DNA from: Pristiophorus japonicus
Taxonomy: Eukaryota
Assembly (NCBI RefSeq): GCF_044704955.1
Contig: NC_091997.1
Span: forward strand, 42,346,001-42,410,000
DNA: 64,000 nucleotides
Direction of reading: 5' to 3'
Shown here: piece by piece, positions 11,774 through 24,470 of the stretch
Numbering within the stretch: the first letter of the stretch is position 1
Layout: every line of letters begins with the position of its first letter
The notes under the pieces: generated by a model
Databases searched by the model: none
Seen by the model: the letters and a program-made list of their open reading frames with translations, nothing else
What the model was told of the DNA's origin: nothing
Position numbers and translations under genes: made by a program

Positions 11774-13356
11774 TTCTTGATGTTCACTATAAAATCACAC
11801 CATGAACAGTTGGGACCACTGCATATCTAATATTGTTGGAAGTAAACTGTTTTTGTTCTGATTTCATTGATTTTAAATACTGAAATCATTGAAGGAAGCA
11901 TAGGAAATGTAAGACAAAACATAAATGTTCGAAACAAACTTTCGTTAAAAGAAGGAATTATGTCATGCTTCATGTGCTTTACGTTATGTAAATCGTATCT
12001 CATAAATGTACATTTCTATGCTAAACATCTAAACCCTTTTGTTGATGTGATGTTATAGATGATAATGATGGGCTTTCTTTGGTTGACGAAAATATCTGTT
12101 TTGACCTTATCTAGCGGATTTCTGCGAAGGACAGATGGAGGAAGCAAGGATGGAAAATTTGTGCATAGTTTTAAAGCTGGTGAAAGACATTTGTAGCTAA
12201 ATGTGACTGTACATTAAGCACAAAGCAAGCTTCTGCAAATAACTGTGGGATGAATGAGCAGTTAATTGTGTTTCAAAGCAGTAAACCAAACTCCCCACCC
12301 ATCCTTTCCTATATCGAGACTATCTGTCCAACCTGTGACAGAGACTGTAATCCCCATATTGGACTGTTCAGTCACCTAAGAACTAACTTTTAGAGTGGAA
12401 GCAAGTCTTCCTCGATTTCCAGGGACTGCATATGATAATGGTAATCTAGTTTGGTGGTGCTGGCTGAGGTAGGTATATTGGCCAGCACACTTCGAGTGTT
12501 CCCTGCTTTACTTTTGTAAAGTGTCTTTGGAATTTTTACACGGGTGGATCAGGCCTTGGTTTAAGCTTCCAGTTTCAGGGTGGAAAAGTAACCATTTCCT
12601 CCTCTCTGTGAGACATGCACAAATGATTTTATTTGATATAACTGCACCAGCTAAGAAAAACAGTATTGTTCTTCCAGGAGCCAAACTAAGTCCACTTCAT
12701 TGTCTCCCAGTGGATATTACAAACTTCTATCCAAGTCGTTTAGGTCGAAATAGACACCTAGCACCAGCACTGCCACTCACCACAAGGCAACCTCCGAAGC
12801 AATGCAATCAACAGCTTGGGAAATCTACCAATTAGTTGTCTTTAAGTTTCTCTGAAAACCAGTACTTTTCTGCCTGGGACGTGCTCACATTCACAAACCA
12901 GATCCAAACACAGACATCCAGATATATGATCATACAGTCCATTGTAGCAATGAATAACACTTAATGAGGCAGAGAGAAGTTGCAAAAATAATTTATTGTA
13001 ACATTGAAAAATTGTATTTATAAAAAACCTTTCGAACAAGGATCTAGTCAACTTATAAATATGAATCAATAAATATAAAAAAAATAACATGTTCTTGTAA
13101 TTTACTTTCCTCACGGTGCAACATCTTAACGCGGTATCGCAAAAATATATGAATATAATAACTAAAAATAATTTAACATCTTATTACATGATAATTTCAT
13201 GATTCCTTCACATTAGCTCTTGAAATGAGAGTTGCTGTAACATTGTCGATGTTTTAAATAGCAATAACATTGGAATTGTAAAAATATTTGAATAAATACA
13301 TCAATATCTCCCAGTAATGAGAAAATATTCTGTTTAAAATGTTCACTGCGTGACCT

Positions 13357-14519
13357 TCAGTTGCTTTTGCTGATTTTTGCTATTATGGTCTGAATCTGCT
13401 GTAAACGGGCCTTGGTCTGAGAGCAGACGATTTTCCAGGCACACTCGCCGAATCTCTGTAAAAGGCAGAAATATTGAAATGTATTACCGGGAATATACTG
13501 GGAGAAAAAGCAACAATCTATATTGCAAACTCATGGTACAGTTTTTACGGAAGGATAAGGATTACTTTGGTCCCGGGGAGCATTGGGACATGGCAAATCT
13601 CTTCATGCCGAATTCCTCTGACTGATGTTGCAGTGAAATGATTAATATTTCCAACAGATTTCACCGGAAATTCGCACCAGAGGAAATCTTCACAAATACA
13701 CCGATAGTGTCTCCTTGTAGGGCTTGGAGTCATCGGCAATTTACAGATTGAGGGATGTATATTTGGGATACCCACATGGTGCTTCACTCGGGATAAAACA
13801 TTCAAATATTCATTCCCATACCTCCAGTTCTAAAAACTCCCTCAACTTCCCGAAGTATTCCTGAATTTCCTCGCTGTTGGAGTATGACAGAGGTTCCCTG
13901 ACACATCCTCTCAGATCCTCCAGCTGCTGAATCAGTAGAATACGAAACCCTTCCAGCAGCGCAGCGTCCCAGGGCGCGGTGCTCAGATTCTGGGTGAAGG
14001 TCTTGTTGATTTGATCCAAAGTTTGATGGATAACCCGGATCTTGTCCTCGGCCTATAAAATACACAGCGTTACTTCACGGGAAAGATCGGTGTTACTCAA
14101 AAGGTTACTTGACAATATAGAATATTGCGGTCTGCCCAAATATTATGTATACAATTAAAAGACTGATCAATAAGTCAGGCACTGCTACAACAGAAATACA
14201 TTCTGAACTGGATACTTACATTTAAGTTTTTGGAAAGTGTGATCAGATCGAGGGGTTGGGTCTGCAGTGCCACTCTCCTTGTCACACAGTGCCGGGGCAG
14301 TCTACCTCCCTGGAACACAGGAGAATTCCGCTTAATACAATTGGCCACACACACAAACTCTGGAGATGGGAGAGATGGCGATCAGTTCAAACTCACCATT
14401 TCAATCAGTTTGCCCAGAGTCTTTGTGTTGTGAATGCGCAGCCTCTCACAGCCCAGACTCATGGTCCCGGCCAACCAGGCCAACATAATCCAACATCTCC
14501 AAGCACACGAGAGCGCCAT
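13357..14519 (-). CDS. Type I interferon, array copy 3, 180 aa; coding exons 14519-14397, 14309-14220, 14052-13822, 13455-13357
   Basis: Same structure as copy 2 with intact splice sites; the only amino-acid difference I found is SNNLN to SKNLN at the end of exon 2. Confidence 0.9.
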
Positions 14520-14741
14520 GTTCCAGCACACAGGGTGAAGCACCGAGCTGGAATTGCAGAGGGATAAAATCATTAGCGATCAGCATCCGACAAAAGTCAT
14601 TTTAATGTGGGTTAGTAAGTGAACAAACTCGGCAGTGTCTTACCTGTTTAAGGTGAATCCTCTGACAGAGACAAGTGTCAATTATTGTCAGCCTCAGAAG
14701 TGAAGTGTCAGATTAAGACCATGCCGAATATAAATGATCTG

Positions 14742-14830
14742 CTGTTTGCATCACAAAAGTGAAAAGGCAGGTTGGTACCCACAGGGAGATTTTCTGCCCA
14801 CATTCGATTTTCAGATGCGAGGAATTCACC
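14742..14830 (-). promoter_or_regulatory. Putative IFN promoter module, copy 3
   Basis: Same motifs as 782-870. Confidence 0.65.
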
Positions 14831-15712
14831 GTATAAAACAATCCCCAAGAAAAACTGTAAAAGCGGCTCCGATTTCGTCTTCAGTCTTTAGGCAGTCTTA
14901 GCAGTACCTCGGACTGGAGGATGTGGTTGTAGCCGCACTCGCGAACTGCCCTGCTCTGAATTGAGGAAATACCAAAACCCTGTTAAATCCGAAATGAAAG
15001 CTACACTGCACTGGGACAATCGGAGCATTTCTAACTGTTGTATTGACCAATGAATCCCCCAAAATCAGATTGTTCCAACTTTTTGAGAAACCGTCGGTGA
15101 CCTGACGAGTAAAGCATCAGCTGTTTGCAATATTTAACAAATGAACGTCCCCTCCCTCTATGGGCGATCGTCATTCCCTGAGTTATTTCCTTCAATTTCC
15201 CTAGTTGGGTCTCCCAATATTTTCCTCCTGGGGACGTCCCAGATCTGGCCGGCGTGCCGGAGCTCCATTATTCCGTCTCCCTTTCCCTTTCCCTTTTTTT
15301 GCGGAAAGATGAATCCCGCCCTTCAGCCTCCGCTCTTTAACCTTAAGGACTGGAGCCTGATCCCTGATTGGTAGATTGAGGGAAGCCTCAATTATGTTTT
15401 AAGCCCACCCTTTTCTCCTGATTCACTGGGGCACAGGGCAGCAGTGTTGCTCTATTGAAAAGTCTGAAGAAAACTTCGCAGACGCAACGTGAACTTGTCT
15501 GATGCTGAGCGACCTGCTGAGCACGTTCCCAGAGTTTTCTTTAACTTCCCGCTGCTCTCTAAGGCTGAATTGCTTTGAACGCGTGTAGTTGAGGCAGAGA
15601 CCATTCCATCTCTTGAAACAAAGCACAGGAAGGAGCAATAGAGAGTCAGGCAGCATTTCAGCGGGATGCTTACCAGATACTCCTCCCCCACCCACCCCGG
15701 TGTTGGATGAAC

Positions 15713-15830
15713 ATTGGTTTTCCGATGGCTGAAGACTGGATTTTGTTGGTGATGTTGCCCGGGACATGAGCCAGGACTGCCAGTGGCTGCAGTACAGCAA
15801 GTTTTTAAAGGAATTCTCAAGAGTGAAATG
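15713..15830 (+). pseudogene. Frameshifted IFN exon-1 relic (unit 3)
   Basis: Near-identical copy of 1747-1864, with an additional tgg>tga change. Confidence 0.7.
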
Positions 15831-18800
15831 GTGAGTTTAAAGAGAGAACATTTTTTAAATGGTGAGAAACTATGAAATGTTGGTTTTCAGAGAGATGTGT
15901 GTGTCCTTGTGCAAGAAACATAGGCAGCTGGCATGCACATATAGCAAGCAATAATATGTTTTCCTTGATTGCAAGGGGTTTCGTTTATAAGAATAAGGAA
16001 GACTTGCTGCAATTGTATAGAGCCTTGTTGAGACCATACTTGGAATACTGTGCACAGTTTTGGTCTCCTTATCTAAGGAAGGATATTGAAGGCAGCACAA
16101 CATAGGTTGACTGGATTGATTCCTCAGATGAGAAGCTGTCCTATGAGGATAGATTGTGTAGATTACACCTATACTCTCTGGAGTTTAGAAGAATGAGGGG
16201 TGCGGGGGTGGGAATTGCGGTCAGAGGCTTCCTTCGAACGCAAGCATCCGACATCAAAAAAGTCTACGAAAGTACCTGGTGGTCCCAGAGGAACGTAGGA
16301 TCCAATCGGTGACCTGCCGGCCTGGACCACCGATCACTATGTAGTTTTCTTATTGATAAAAATTGGCACTCGGTTTGTACGAGTTCCCATTACTATCAAT
16401 GGGAATAACCTCCTAAGACACCGAAACAGAACATAATAAATCAAACACCTCACATATTTAAAATTAATTAAAATTCAATGTAATTAAATGTTTTAGAAAA
16501 AAATATATTTTTGGAATTTTTTAAAATGTGTTTTAATAGGGTTGAAAATAAACTTACCTTAATAGACAGAGGGTTTTAATTTAAAAATGAGTGATTAAAT
16601 TTAATTTTTATATGTTTTAAAACTCTTCTACTGGTAAAGGTAAGCTTTGTGCCTGTTTTTAGCAGGCGTAAAACTTTGAAGGACATCCGCTGGGCATGAG
16701 TTGGACAAATAGCCCAATCTCTCCCGCGTGGATGTCCTTCAACTGGGGATGCGATGGATCTGTATGGAGAAATCTGGATAGATTGTAAAAGACGGATTTC
16801 GGCACATGCGCATCGCAACCCGGAAAGTGCCTTTTGTGGGCCCTCACTGGGTCCATGCGCACTTTGTATGGACCCGATGAGATGACACCTTTCGGCCCTG
16901 AGTTGTGATCTCATTGAAACATACAAGGTTCTGAAGGGGATTGATGGGGTGGATACTGAAAGGTTGGTACCCCTGGCTGAGACATCTAGAACTTGAGTGT
17001 GCCGTCTCAGGATAAGCGGAAGGCCATTTAAGACCAAGACGAGGAGAAATTTCTTCACTCAGGGAGTTGTGAGTCTTTGCAATTCTCTGCCCCAGAGGGC
17101 TGTGGATGCTCAGTCTTTGAGTATATTCAAGGCTGTGTAAATAGATTTTTGGACTCTCGGGGATTCAAGGATTCTGGAGATTGGCCGGGAAAATGGAGTT
17201 GAGGTCAATGAATGGCGGCCTACTCCTGCTCTTATCTGGGGATTAGAGTAACCAATCTTAACTACTAGTTTCTAGGGCTAATCTCCTGTCGGGGAACGGC
17301 TGAGGTTGAATAGGTTTTATTACAAACTGCATCGACCGATGTGGGATATTTCCTTGGCGTAATTCACATTGAAGTATTAAAATAATGAAGAAATTGTGAA
17401 GAAACTGGGTACCAAAATCAAAAGGCCATTTGGGAAGATGAGAATACTACTGACGAACATCATTCTGGGAGAAGATCACCGATGTCATATTTTGGCAGGC
17501 CTGAAATTCAATGATCTTGCAAAGCATTGATACCAATGTCAATGGGAAGAGGTTTGAGCATCAATGCTAAATTTGTGCAATGTCATTCTGGTGTCGATGT
17601 CGGAACAGACTCTGAAGCTAACTAGCCGGAATGCAGGATTGTGGAATTACATGGAATTGCACAGAATTTCTAGCACAGAAACTGATCATTCGGCCCACGT
17701 GCTTTATGCTGGTGTTTATGCTCCATCAAACGCTGTCTGCATAGCCAGCTATTCCTGCCTCCCTCTTGTGATTATGCAGCTTTCCCTTAAAAGCATCGAT
17801 TCTATTTGACCTAACTTCTCGATGTTGGAGCATGTTCCACATTTTAACCACTCTCTGAGTGAAAACGAATGGCTTATTGATTTAAGGGAATGATTAGTAG
17901 TCTCCTGGATTCCTGTCGCCAAAGCAGTTTGTCTCTCTGCTTCTTCTGATGCACAGACTGCTGAGACTCTGGCAGTCAGTCATACCATGTATTCGCCATT
18001 CAGATCTCCTTGGAAGGCATCAAGGGGTATGGGGAAAAAGATGGAATATGGTGTTGAGATGGAGATCATCCATGAATATATTGAATGGCGGTGCAGATTC
18101 GAAGGACCCAATGGCCGACTACTGCTCCTATTTTCTATGTTTCTATATTTCCAAAGAATCATTCACTTTTAGGGGAATGTTCGTACAATAGCTGGTGACA
18201 ATGTACTCTTCCATTGTAGAGGGAGTGTTTTACCATTGGTAATTCCGCTCAGCGCTCTTTACATTGATGTACAATATCTATGCAGAAAATGGTGCGCTAA
18301 AAGAATTTGTGAAACACAATTATATTCTGATAATTATCTACCACAAAGTTTACATTTCCACTGATGGCTTAAGAATAATCAAAGTGTATGACTGGAATTT
18401 GCATTAAGTTACCGAATTTTATTCCAGTGCTACATTGCTTTTGTTAAAGAAAGACGTTATATAGTGCCTTTTACGATCACCGGACATCGCAAAACACTTT
18501 ACAGTCAATGGAGTACGTTTGGAGTGGAGTCACTATTGTAATATTAACTGGCTGCTTGGTGCATATACAACTATGTAAAGCTGATGTAATGATTAAACAT
18601 CTTTGCTTCCGACCTTCTTTGCCACAGGATATAATAAGGTACTTGGAAATGGATGATTGCAGAAGCTCTTGAAGAGTCATAAGCCGGTTGCTCTGCAAAG
18701 TGGAGATGAACTGGAACTTGCAGTGGAAACTCCAATATAACCAAGAAGTAAATCAGTATCAAATCTGTAATTTACATACTATTTTATATATATAGTCAAT

Positions 18801-20605
18801 AAAAAATGTGAACTTTCCCACATTATTCGCATTTGTCTCATTTTCTTGTCCATATTGGAGATCCCACTGCAAGCTCCAGTTCATCCCCACTTTGACAGAG
18901 CAATCGGGGTATGGGTGTTGAAGAGCATTTGTCACCATCCATCACCACGTGACCTTATTATATTCTGTGGCAAAGCAGGACTGAAGCAAATGAGTTTCAT
19001 CTTTACATCAGCTTTACATTTCTTGATGTTCACTATAAAATCACACCATGAACAGTTGGGACCACTGCATATCTAATATTGTTGGCAGTAAACTGCTTTT
19101 TTTCTGATTTCATTGATTTTAAATACTGAAATCATTGAAGGAAGCATAGGAAATGTAAGACAAAACATAAATGTTCGAAACAAACTTTCGTTAAAAGAAG
19201 GAATTATGTCATGCTTCATGTGCTTTACGTTATGTAAATCTTATCTCATAAATGTACATTTCTATGCTAAACATCTATGCCCTTTTGTTGATGTGATGTT
19301 ATAGATGATAATGATGGGCTTTCTTTGGTTGACGAAAATATCTGTTTTGACCTTATCTAGCGGATTTCTGCGAAACACAGATGGAGGAAGCAATGATGGA
19401 AAATTTCTGCATAGTTTTAAAGCTGGTGAAAGACATTTGTAGTTAAATGTGACTGTACATTAAGCACAAAGCAAGCTTCTGCAAATAACTGTGGGATGAA
19501 TGAGCAGTTAATTGTGTTTCAAAGCAGTAAACCAGACTCCCCACCCATCCTTTCCTTCATCGAGACTATCTGTCCCACCTGTGACAGAGACTGTAATCCC
19601 CATATTGGACTGTTCAGTCACCTAAGAACTAACATTTAGAGTGGAAGCAAGTCTTCCTCGATTTCCAGGGACTGCATATGATAATGGTAATCTAGTTTGG
19701 TGGTGCTGGCTGAGGTAGGTATATTGGCCAGCACACTTCGAGTGTTCCCTGCTTTTCTTTTGTAAAGTGCCTTTGAAATTTTTACACGGGCGGATGAGGC
19801 CTTGGTTTAAGCTTCCAGTTTCAGGGTGGAAAAGTAACCATTTCCTCCTCTCTGTGAGACATGCACAAATGATTTTATTTGATATAACTGCACCAGCTAA
19901 GAAAAACAGTATTGTTCTTCCGGGAGCCAAACTAAGTCCACTTCATTGTCTCCCAGTGGATATTACAAACTTCTATCCAAGTCGTTTAGGTCGAAATAGA
20001 CACCTAGCACCAGCACTGCCACTCACCACAAATCAACCTCCGAAGCAATGCAATCAACAGCTTGGGAAATCTACTAGTTAGTTGTCTTTAAGTTTCTCTG
20101 AAAACCAGTACTTTTCTGCCTGGGACTTGCTCACATTCACAAACCAGATCCAAACACAGACATCCAGATATATGATCATACAGTCCATTGGAGCAATGAA
20201 TAACACTTAATGAGGCCGAGAGGAGGTGCTAAAATAATTTATTGTAACATTGAAAAATTGTATTTATAAAAAACCTTTCGAACAAGGATCTAGTCAACTT
20301 ATAAATATGATTCAATAAATATAAAAAAATAAATAACATGATCTTGCAATTTACTTTCCTCACAGAGCAAAATTTTAACGCGGTATCGCAAAAATATATG
20401 AATATAATAACTAAAAATAATTTAACATCTTATTACATGATAGTTTCATGATTCCTTCACATTAGCTCTGGAAATGAGAGTTGCTGTAACATTGTCGATG
20501 TTTTAAATAGCAATAACACTGGAATTGTAAAAATATTTGAATAAATACATCAATATCTCCCAGTAATGAGAAAATATTCTGTTTAAAATGTTCGCTGCGT
20601 GACCT

Positions 20606-20704
20606 TCAGTTACTTTTGTTGATTTTTGCGATTATGGTCTGGATCTGCTGTAAACAGGCCTTGGTCTGAGAGCAGACGATTTTCCAGGCACACTCGCCGA
20701 ATCT
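20606..20704 (-). pseudogene. Orphan last exon of a fourth array IFN copy
   Basis: Reads RFGECAWKIVCSQTKACLQQIQTIIAKINKSN-stop with an intact acceptor; similarity to intron 3 ends at 20845 and exons 1-3 are absent. Confidence 0.85.
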
Positions 20705-21724
20705 CTGTAAAAGGTAGAAATATTGAAATGTATTACCGGGAATATACTGGGAGAAAAAGCAACAATCTATATTGGAAACTCATGGTACAGTTTTTACGGA
20801 AGGATAAGGATTACTTTGGTCCCCGGGAGCATTGGGACATGGCAAGACTGCAAAAGCGGCTCCGAGTTCGCTTTCAGCCCAAATGTCTTCGGCTGTACTC
20901 GGAGTGGAGGATGTGGTTGTAGCCGCACTCGCGAACTGCCCTGCTCTGAATTGAGGAAATATCAAACCCTGTTAAATCCGAAATGAAAGCAACACTGCAC
21001 TGGGACAATCGGAGCATTTCTCGCTGTTTCATTTGTGAATGAATCCTCCAAAAATCAATTGTTCCAACTTTTTGAGAAGCCGTCGACGGTCGGACGGGTC
21101 AACCATCAGCTGTTTGCAATATTTAACAAATGAAGCTCCCCTCCCACTGTGGGCGATCGTTATTCCCTGAGTTATTTCCTTTACTTTCCCTCGCTGGGTC
21201 TCCGAATGTTTTGCTCCTGCGGATGTCCCAGATCTGGCCGCTGGGCCGAAGCTCCATTATTCCGTCTCCCTTTCCCTTTCCCTTTCCCTTTTTTTGCGGA
21301 AAGATGAACCCCGCCCTCCAGCCTCCGCTCTTCAACCTGAAGGACTGGAGCAGCCGCAAGCCTGGTCCCTGATTGGTAGATTCAAGGACGCCTCAATTCT
21401 GTTTTAAGCCCACCCTCTCCTCCTGACTCACTGGAGCAGGGCAGCAGTGTTCTTGTATTGAAAAGTCTGAAGAAAAATTCGCAGACGGAACGTGAACTTG
21501 TCTGATCTCTTCCAAGATGCTGAACGACCTGCTGAGCAAGTTCCCAGAGTTTTCTGCTTTAACTTCCCGCCGCTGAAATGCTTTGCACGCCAAGTAATTG
21601 AGGCAGAGACCATTCCATCTCTTGAAACAAAGCACAGGAAGGAGCAATAGAGATTCAGGCAGTGTTTAAGGGGGATGCAGCTTACCAGATATTCCTCCCC
21701 CACCCACCCTGGTGCTGGATGAAC

Positions 21725-21785
21725 ATTGATTTTCCGAATGGCTGGAGACTGGCTATTGTTGGTGATGTTACCCGGGACCTGAGCG
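21725..21785 (+). pseudogene. Truncated, more diverged IFN exon-1 relic
   Basis: attgattttccgaatggctggagactggctattgttggtgatgttacccgggacctgagc matches the 5' half of 1747-1864, then jumps into a local duplication. Confidence 0.55.
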
Positions 21786-22732
21786 ACCTGCTGAGCGTTT
21801 CCAGAGTACCCGGAGTTTTCTGTTTTAACTTCCCGCCGCTGTCTAAGGCTGAAATGCTTTGTAAGCGAGTACTTGAGGGAGAGATCATTCCATCTCTTCA
21901 GGTACATACTTGAAGCTGAAGTTAGAGGGTGATGGGGTTAGAACAAAGGATTAGCTTTGGATTGGTCCATATGTCAGCAGTTTTAGGACAATAAAAAAGC
22001 CGATTGTGCTGTGACTGCTGGCAGACATCATTGAACGATTAGAAACTACGTTACCGTGATAAAACAAGCTTTTAAATAAAAATGACCTGTTTAGAGAAAG
22101 ACTAAGGGGTTAACATTGTCTACATTCTTCATTTATTTCTACACAGTGAACATAAATGGAATGAAATTCTTGAGGAGCCCCATTCTTGTACAGGTTTACA
22201 GTGTGTTGTGCACTTGTGAGGCACTGCACACACCTCGTACTCTTTGAGCATTTTATTTTTAAAGCTTAAACAGATGGTCTCTTCAACGTCGCAGTTACAC
22301 CGTGACCAAGATTTCAAGCACTCCCAAATTGACAACCTGACAGATTAACTGGCCGTTCAATACACTTGCTGTTCATAGGAACTTGATGTGTGCAAATTGT
22401 CTCCTGTTTGCTTATATGAAAGCAATTATTGGTAACTATGACTTGAACCCAGATAGCTACAATTCTATGTACAGAAGCAAGATCACATCTATCCGGAGAA
22501 ATTACGTCTACGCTACCTCCTGTTTAAATCCCTTTTTGATATATTGCTCAACACCTAAACTCTTCCAAGTTTGAAAGGGGCATTCTTTCTCAACATTTGG
22601 ATATGAGGAAAGAAAGAAGAAAGAAAATAAGTATAGTGAAAAATAACATCCATTGAACAGATCCGTCTGGAGAAGGCCTGGAGAGAGGACCGGAGCAACA
22701 ACAGGGAGACTCAAGAGGTAGAGAACACTGAA

Positions 22733-23065
22733 CAACAACAGCAACAACAACTGTATTTATATAGCGCCTTTAACGTAGTGAAATCTCCCAAGTTGCTTCA
22801 CAGGAATATTATGCGATAACAAATTGACACCGAGCCACATACCGTAGAAATGAGTACAGGTGACCAAAAGCTTCGTCAAATAGGTAGGTTTTAAGGAAGG
22901 TCTTGCAGGAGGAAAGCGTGATAGAGAGGCAGAGAAGTTTAGGGAGTGAGTTCCAGAGCTTGACGCCTAGGCAACAGAAGGCACGGCCACCAATGGTTGG
23001 GGGATTATAATCAGGGATGCTCAGGAGGGCAGAATTAGCGGAGCGCAGACATCTTGGGTGGTGGG
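22733..23065 (-). mobile_element. L2-type LINE 3' fragment
   Basis: (caa)n tail and tttatatagcgcctttaac 3' end; matches the reverse complement of the 3' end of 50095-51486. Confidence 0.7.
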
Positions 23066-23269
23066 GTTATGAAGCACCAAAATAGATCCCCGTTTATAAC
23101 ACAACTTGTTAAATCAGTTAGTAGCTGAGCCATTCAGGACAGGAAGGTTGCAGAATCAATTCCGGTTGTGCTGAGTTAGGGTCTCAGCTGCGATAGTGGT
23201 GGAGGAACTGGAATTGGCCTCAGCGCCTGGTCACTATCCATTGATGCCTTTTCGGAATGTGTGTGTGTG

Positions 23270-23400
23270 TTCCACACGCTCGAGGGCTTCCGCGACGGAT
23301 GGGCACCGGAGGGACTGGTGTGCATCATTACAACCAGGAATAACATTTTAATTTGATTTATTTAAGGTTCCTTTAAATGTATTTTAAAATTAATTTACAG
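23270..23400 (+). mobile_element. Short Tx1/L1-like 3' fragment
   Basis: gggcaccggagggactggtgtgcatcat...attttaatttga matches the ends of the elements at 52711-53677. Confidence 0.55.
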
Positions 23401-24199
23401 GTTTGAGTGGTTGTGCCCTTTTAACATGGTTGAATTCAATTGGCAAATCGCCGGTATTTTAAAAAGTTGTGAGCTAGAAGCTGATTAAGCAGTTGCCGAT
23501 TGTTAATCCCTCCAAAGGTAGATCTTAGGCACTAGTTTGCAGAAGCACAGAGCTGTGTGTTCTGTGAGGATGATTCCGGACCAACAGCCGCCTGGCTCAC
23601 ATCCTGCCTATGTAATCAGTGACTTTGCAACGTATAATTCGAGCCATTCCGACTGCCGACTCCAGAAAGGAGAGAGCTCACTCCTCTCTCTCATAGGTTA
23701 AGACCTCACCGCTCCCCCCCTCCCCCGATTTCATGCCCCATCCTCCAGCCAATGTCCTGACCCCCCCCCCCCCCAGGCCAAGTTCTTGCCCCATCCCAGC
23801 CCAAGTTCATGAATCATCCCCCAGCCCACGTTCCTGACACATCCCCCAGCCCAAATTCCTGCCCTATCCGAGCCCAAATTTCTGATCCCCCCCAACCCAA
23901 GTTCCTGACACCCCAGCCGAAGTTACAGCCCAAGTTCTTGACCTTATTTCCCCCACCCCCATCCCTGTCCACCGCACCATAGATGGGGTATTGTGTGTGG
24001 GTCACAGATTATTAACAGTTTTATTGGGTATGAAGTGAATAGTGACAGTGTCGTGACTTCTGGATTTCATCCACTCCAATGATGTCACTTGTCACACATG
24101 CACCAAGCTTTCCAAGAAATCAACCAGGTATCGGGGGAGGAGAGGGAGCATGTGGTGTGGGTGTAAAGGGGGTGGGTTGGAACAATATGATCCATCTTC

Positions 24200-24470
24200 C
24201 CTGAGTTCCGTCTCTCTCTCCCCTCCGATCCCCTCTCCCAATCCCCCCTCTCTCCCCGTCTCTCTCACTCCCCCAGTCTCTCTCTCTCTCTCTCTCCACC
24301 AGACTCTCTCTCCCCCCAATCTCTCTCTCTCTCTCTCCCAATCTCTCTCTCCCAATCTCTCTCTCTCTATCTTCCCCAATCTCTCTCTCTCCCCCCCAAT
24401 CTCTCTCTCTCCCTCTCTCTCTCCCAGTCTTTTTCTCTCTCTTCCCCCATCCCAGTCTCTCACTATATCC
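24200..24470. repeat. CT-rich low-complexity tract
   Basis: (ct)n runs interrupted by ccccaat units. Confidence 0.9.

Larger units (their letters stand above)
1..20845. repeat. Tandem segmental array of IFN units: <1-6343, 6344-13596, 13597-20845
   Basis: The same sequence recurs with offsets 6706, 7254 and 7249 bp; the ORF track repeats in step; units differ by scattered SNPs and small indels plus one 540-bp indel. Confidence 0.97.

Noticed and set aside
1-20845. Array as a pure assembly artefact
   Set aside because: Units carry many distinct SNPs, unit-specific indels and a 540-bp deletion; read-level confirmation is still needed.
23740-23945. Repeated cccaagttcctga units (also ~36395-36650) resembling a CRISPR or functional array
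   Set aside because: A degenerate ~21-bp minisatellite without unique spacers in eukaryotic DNA.
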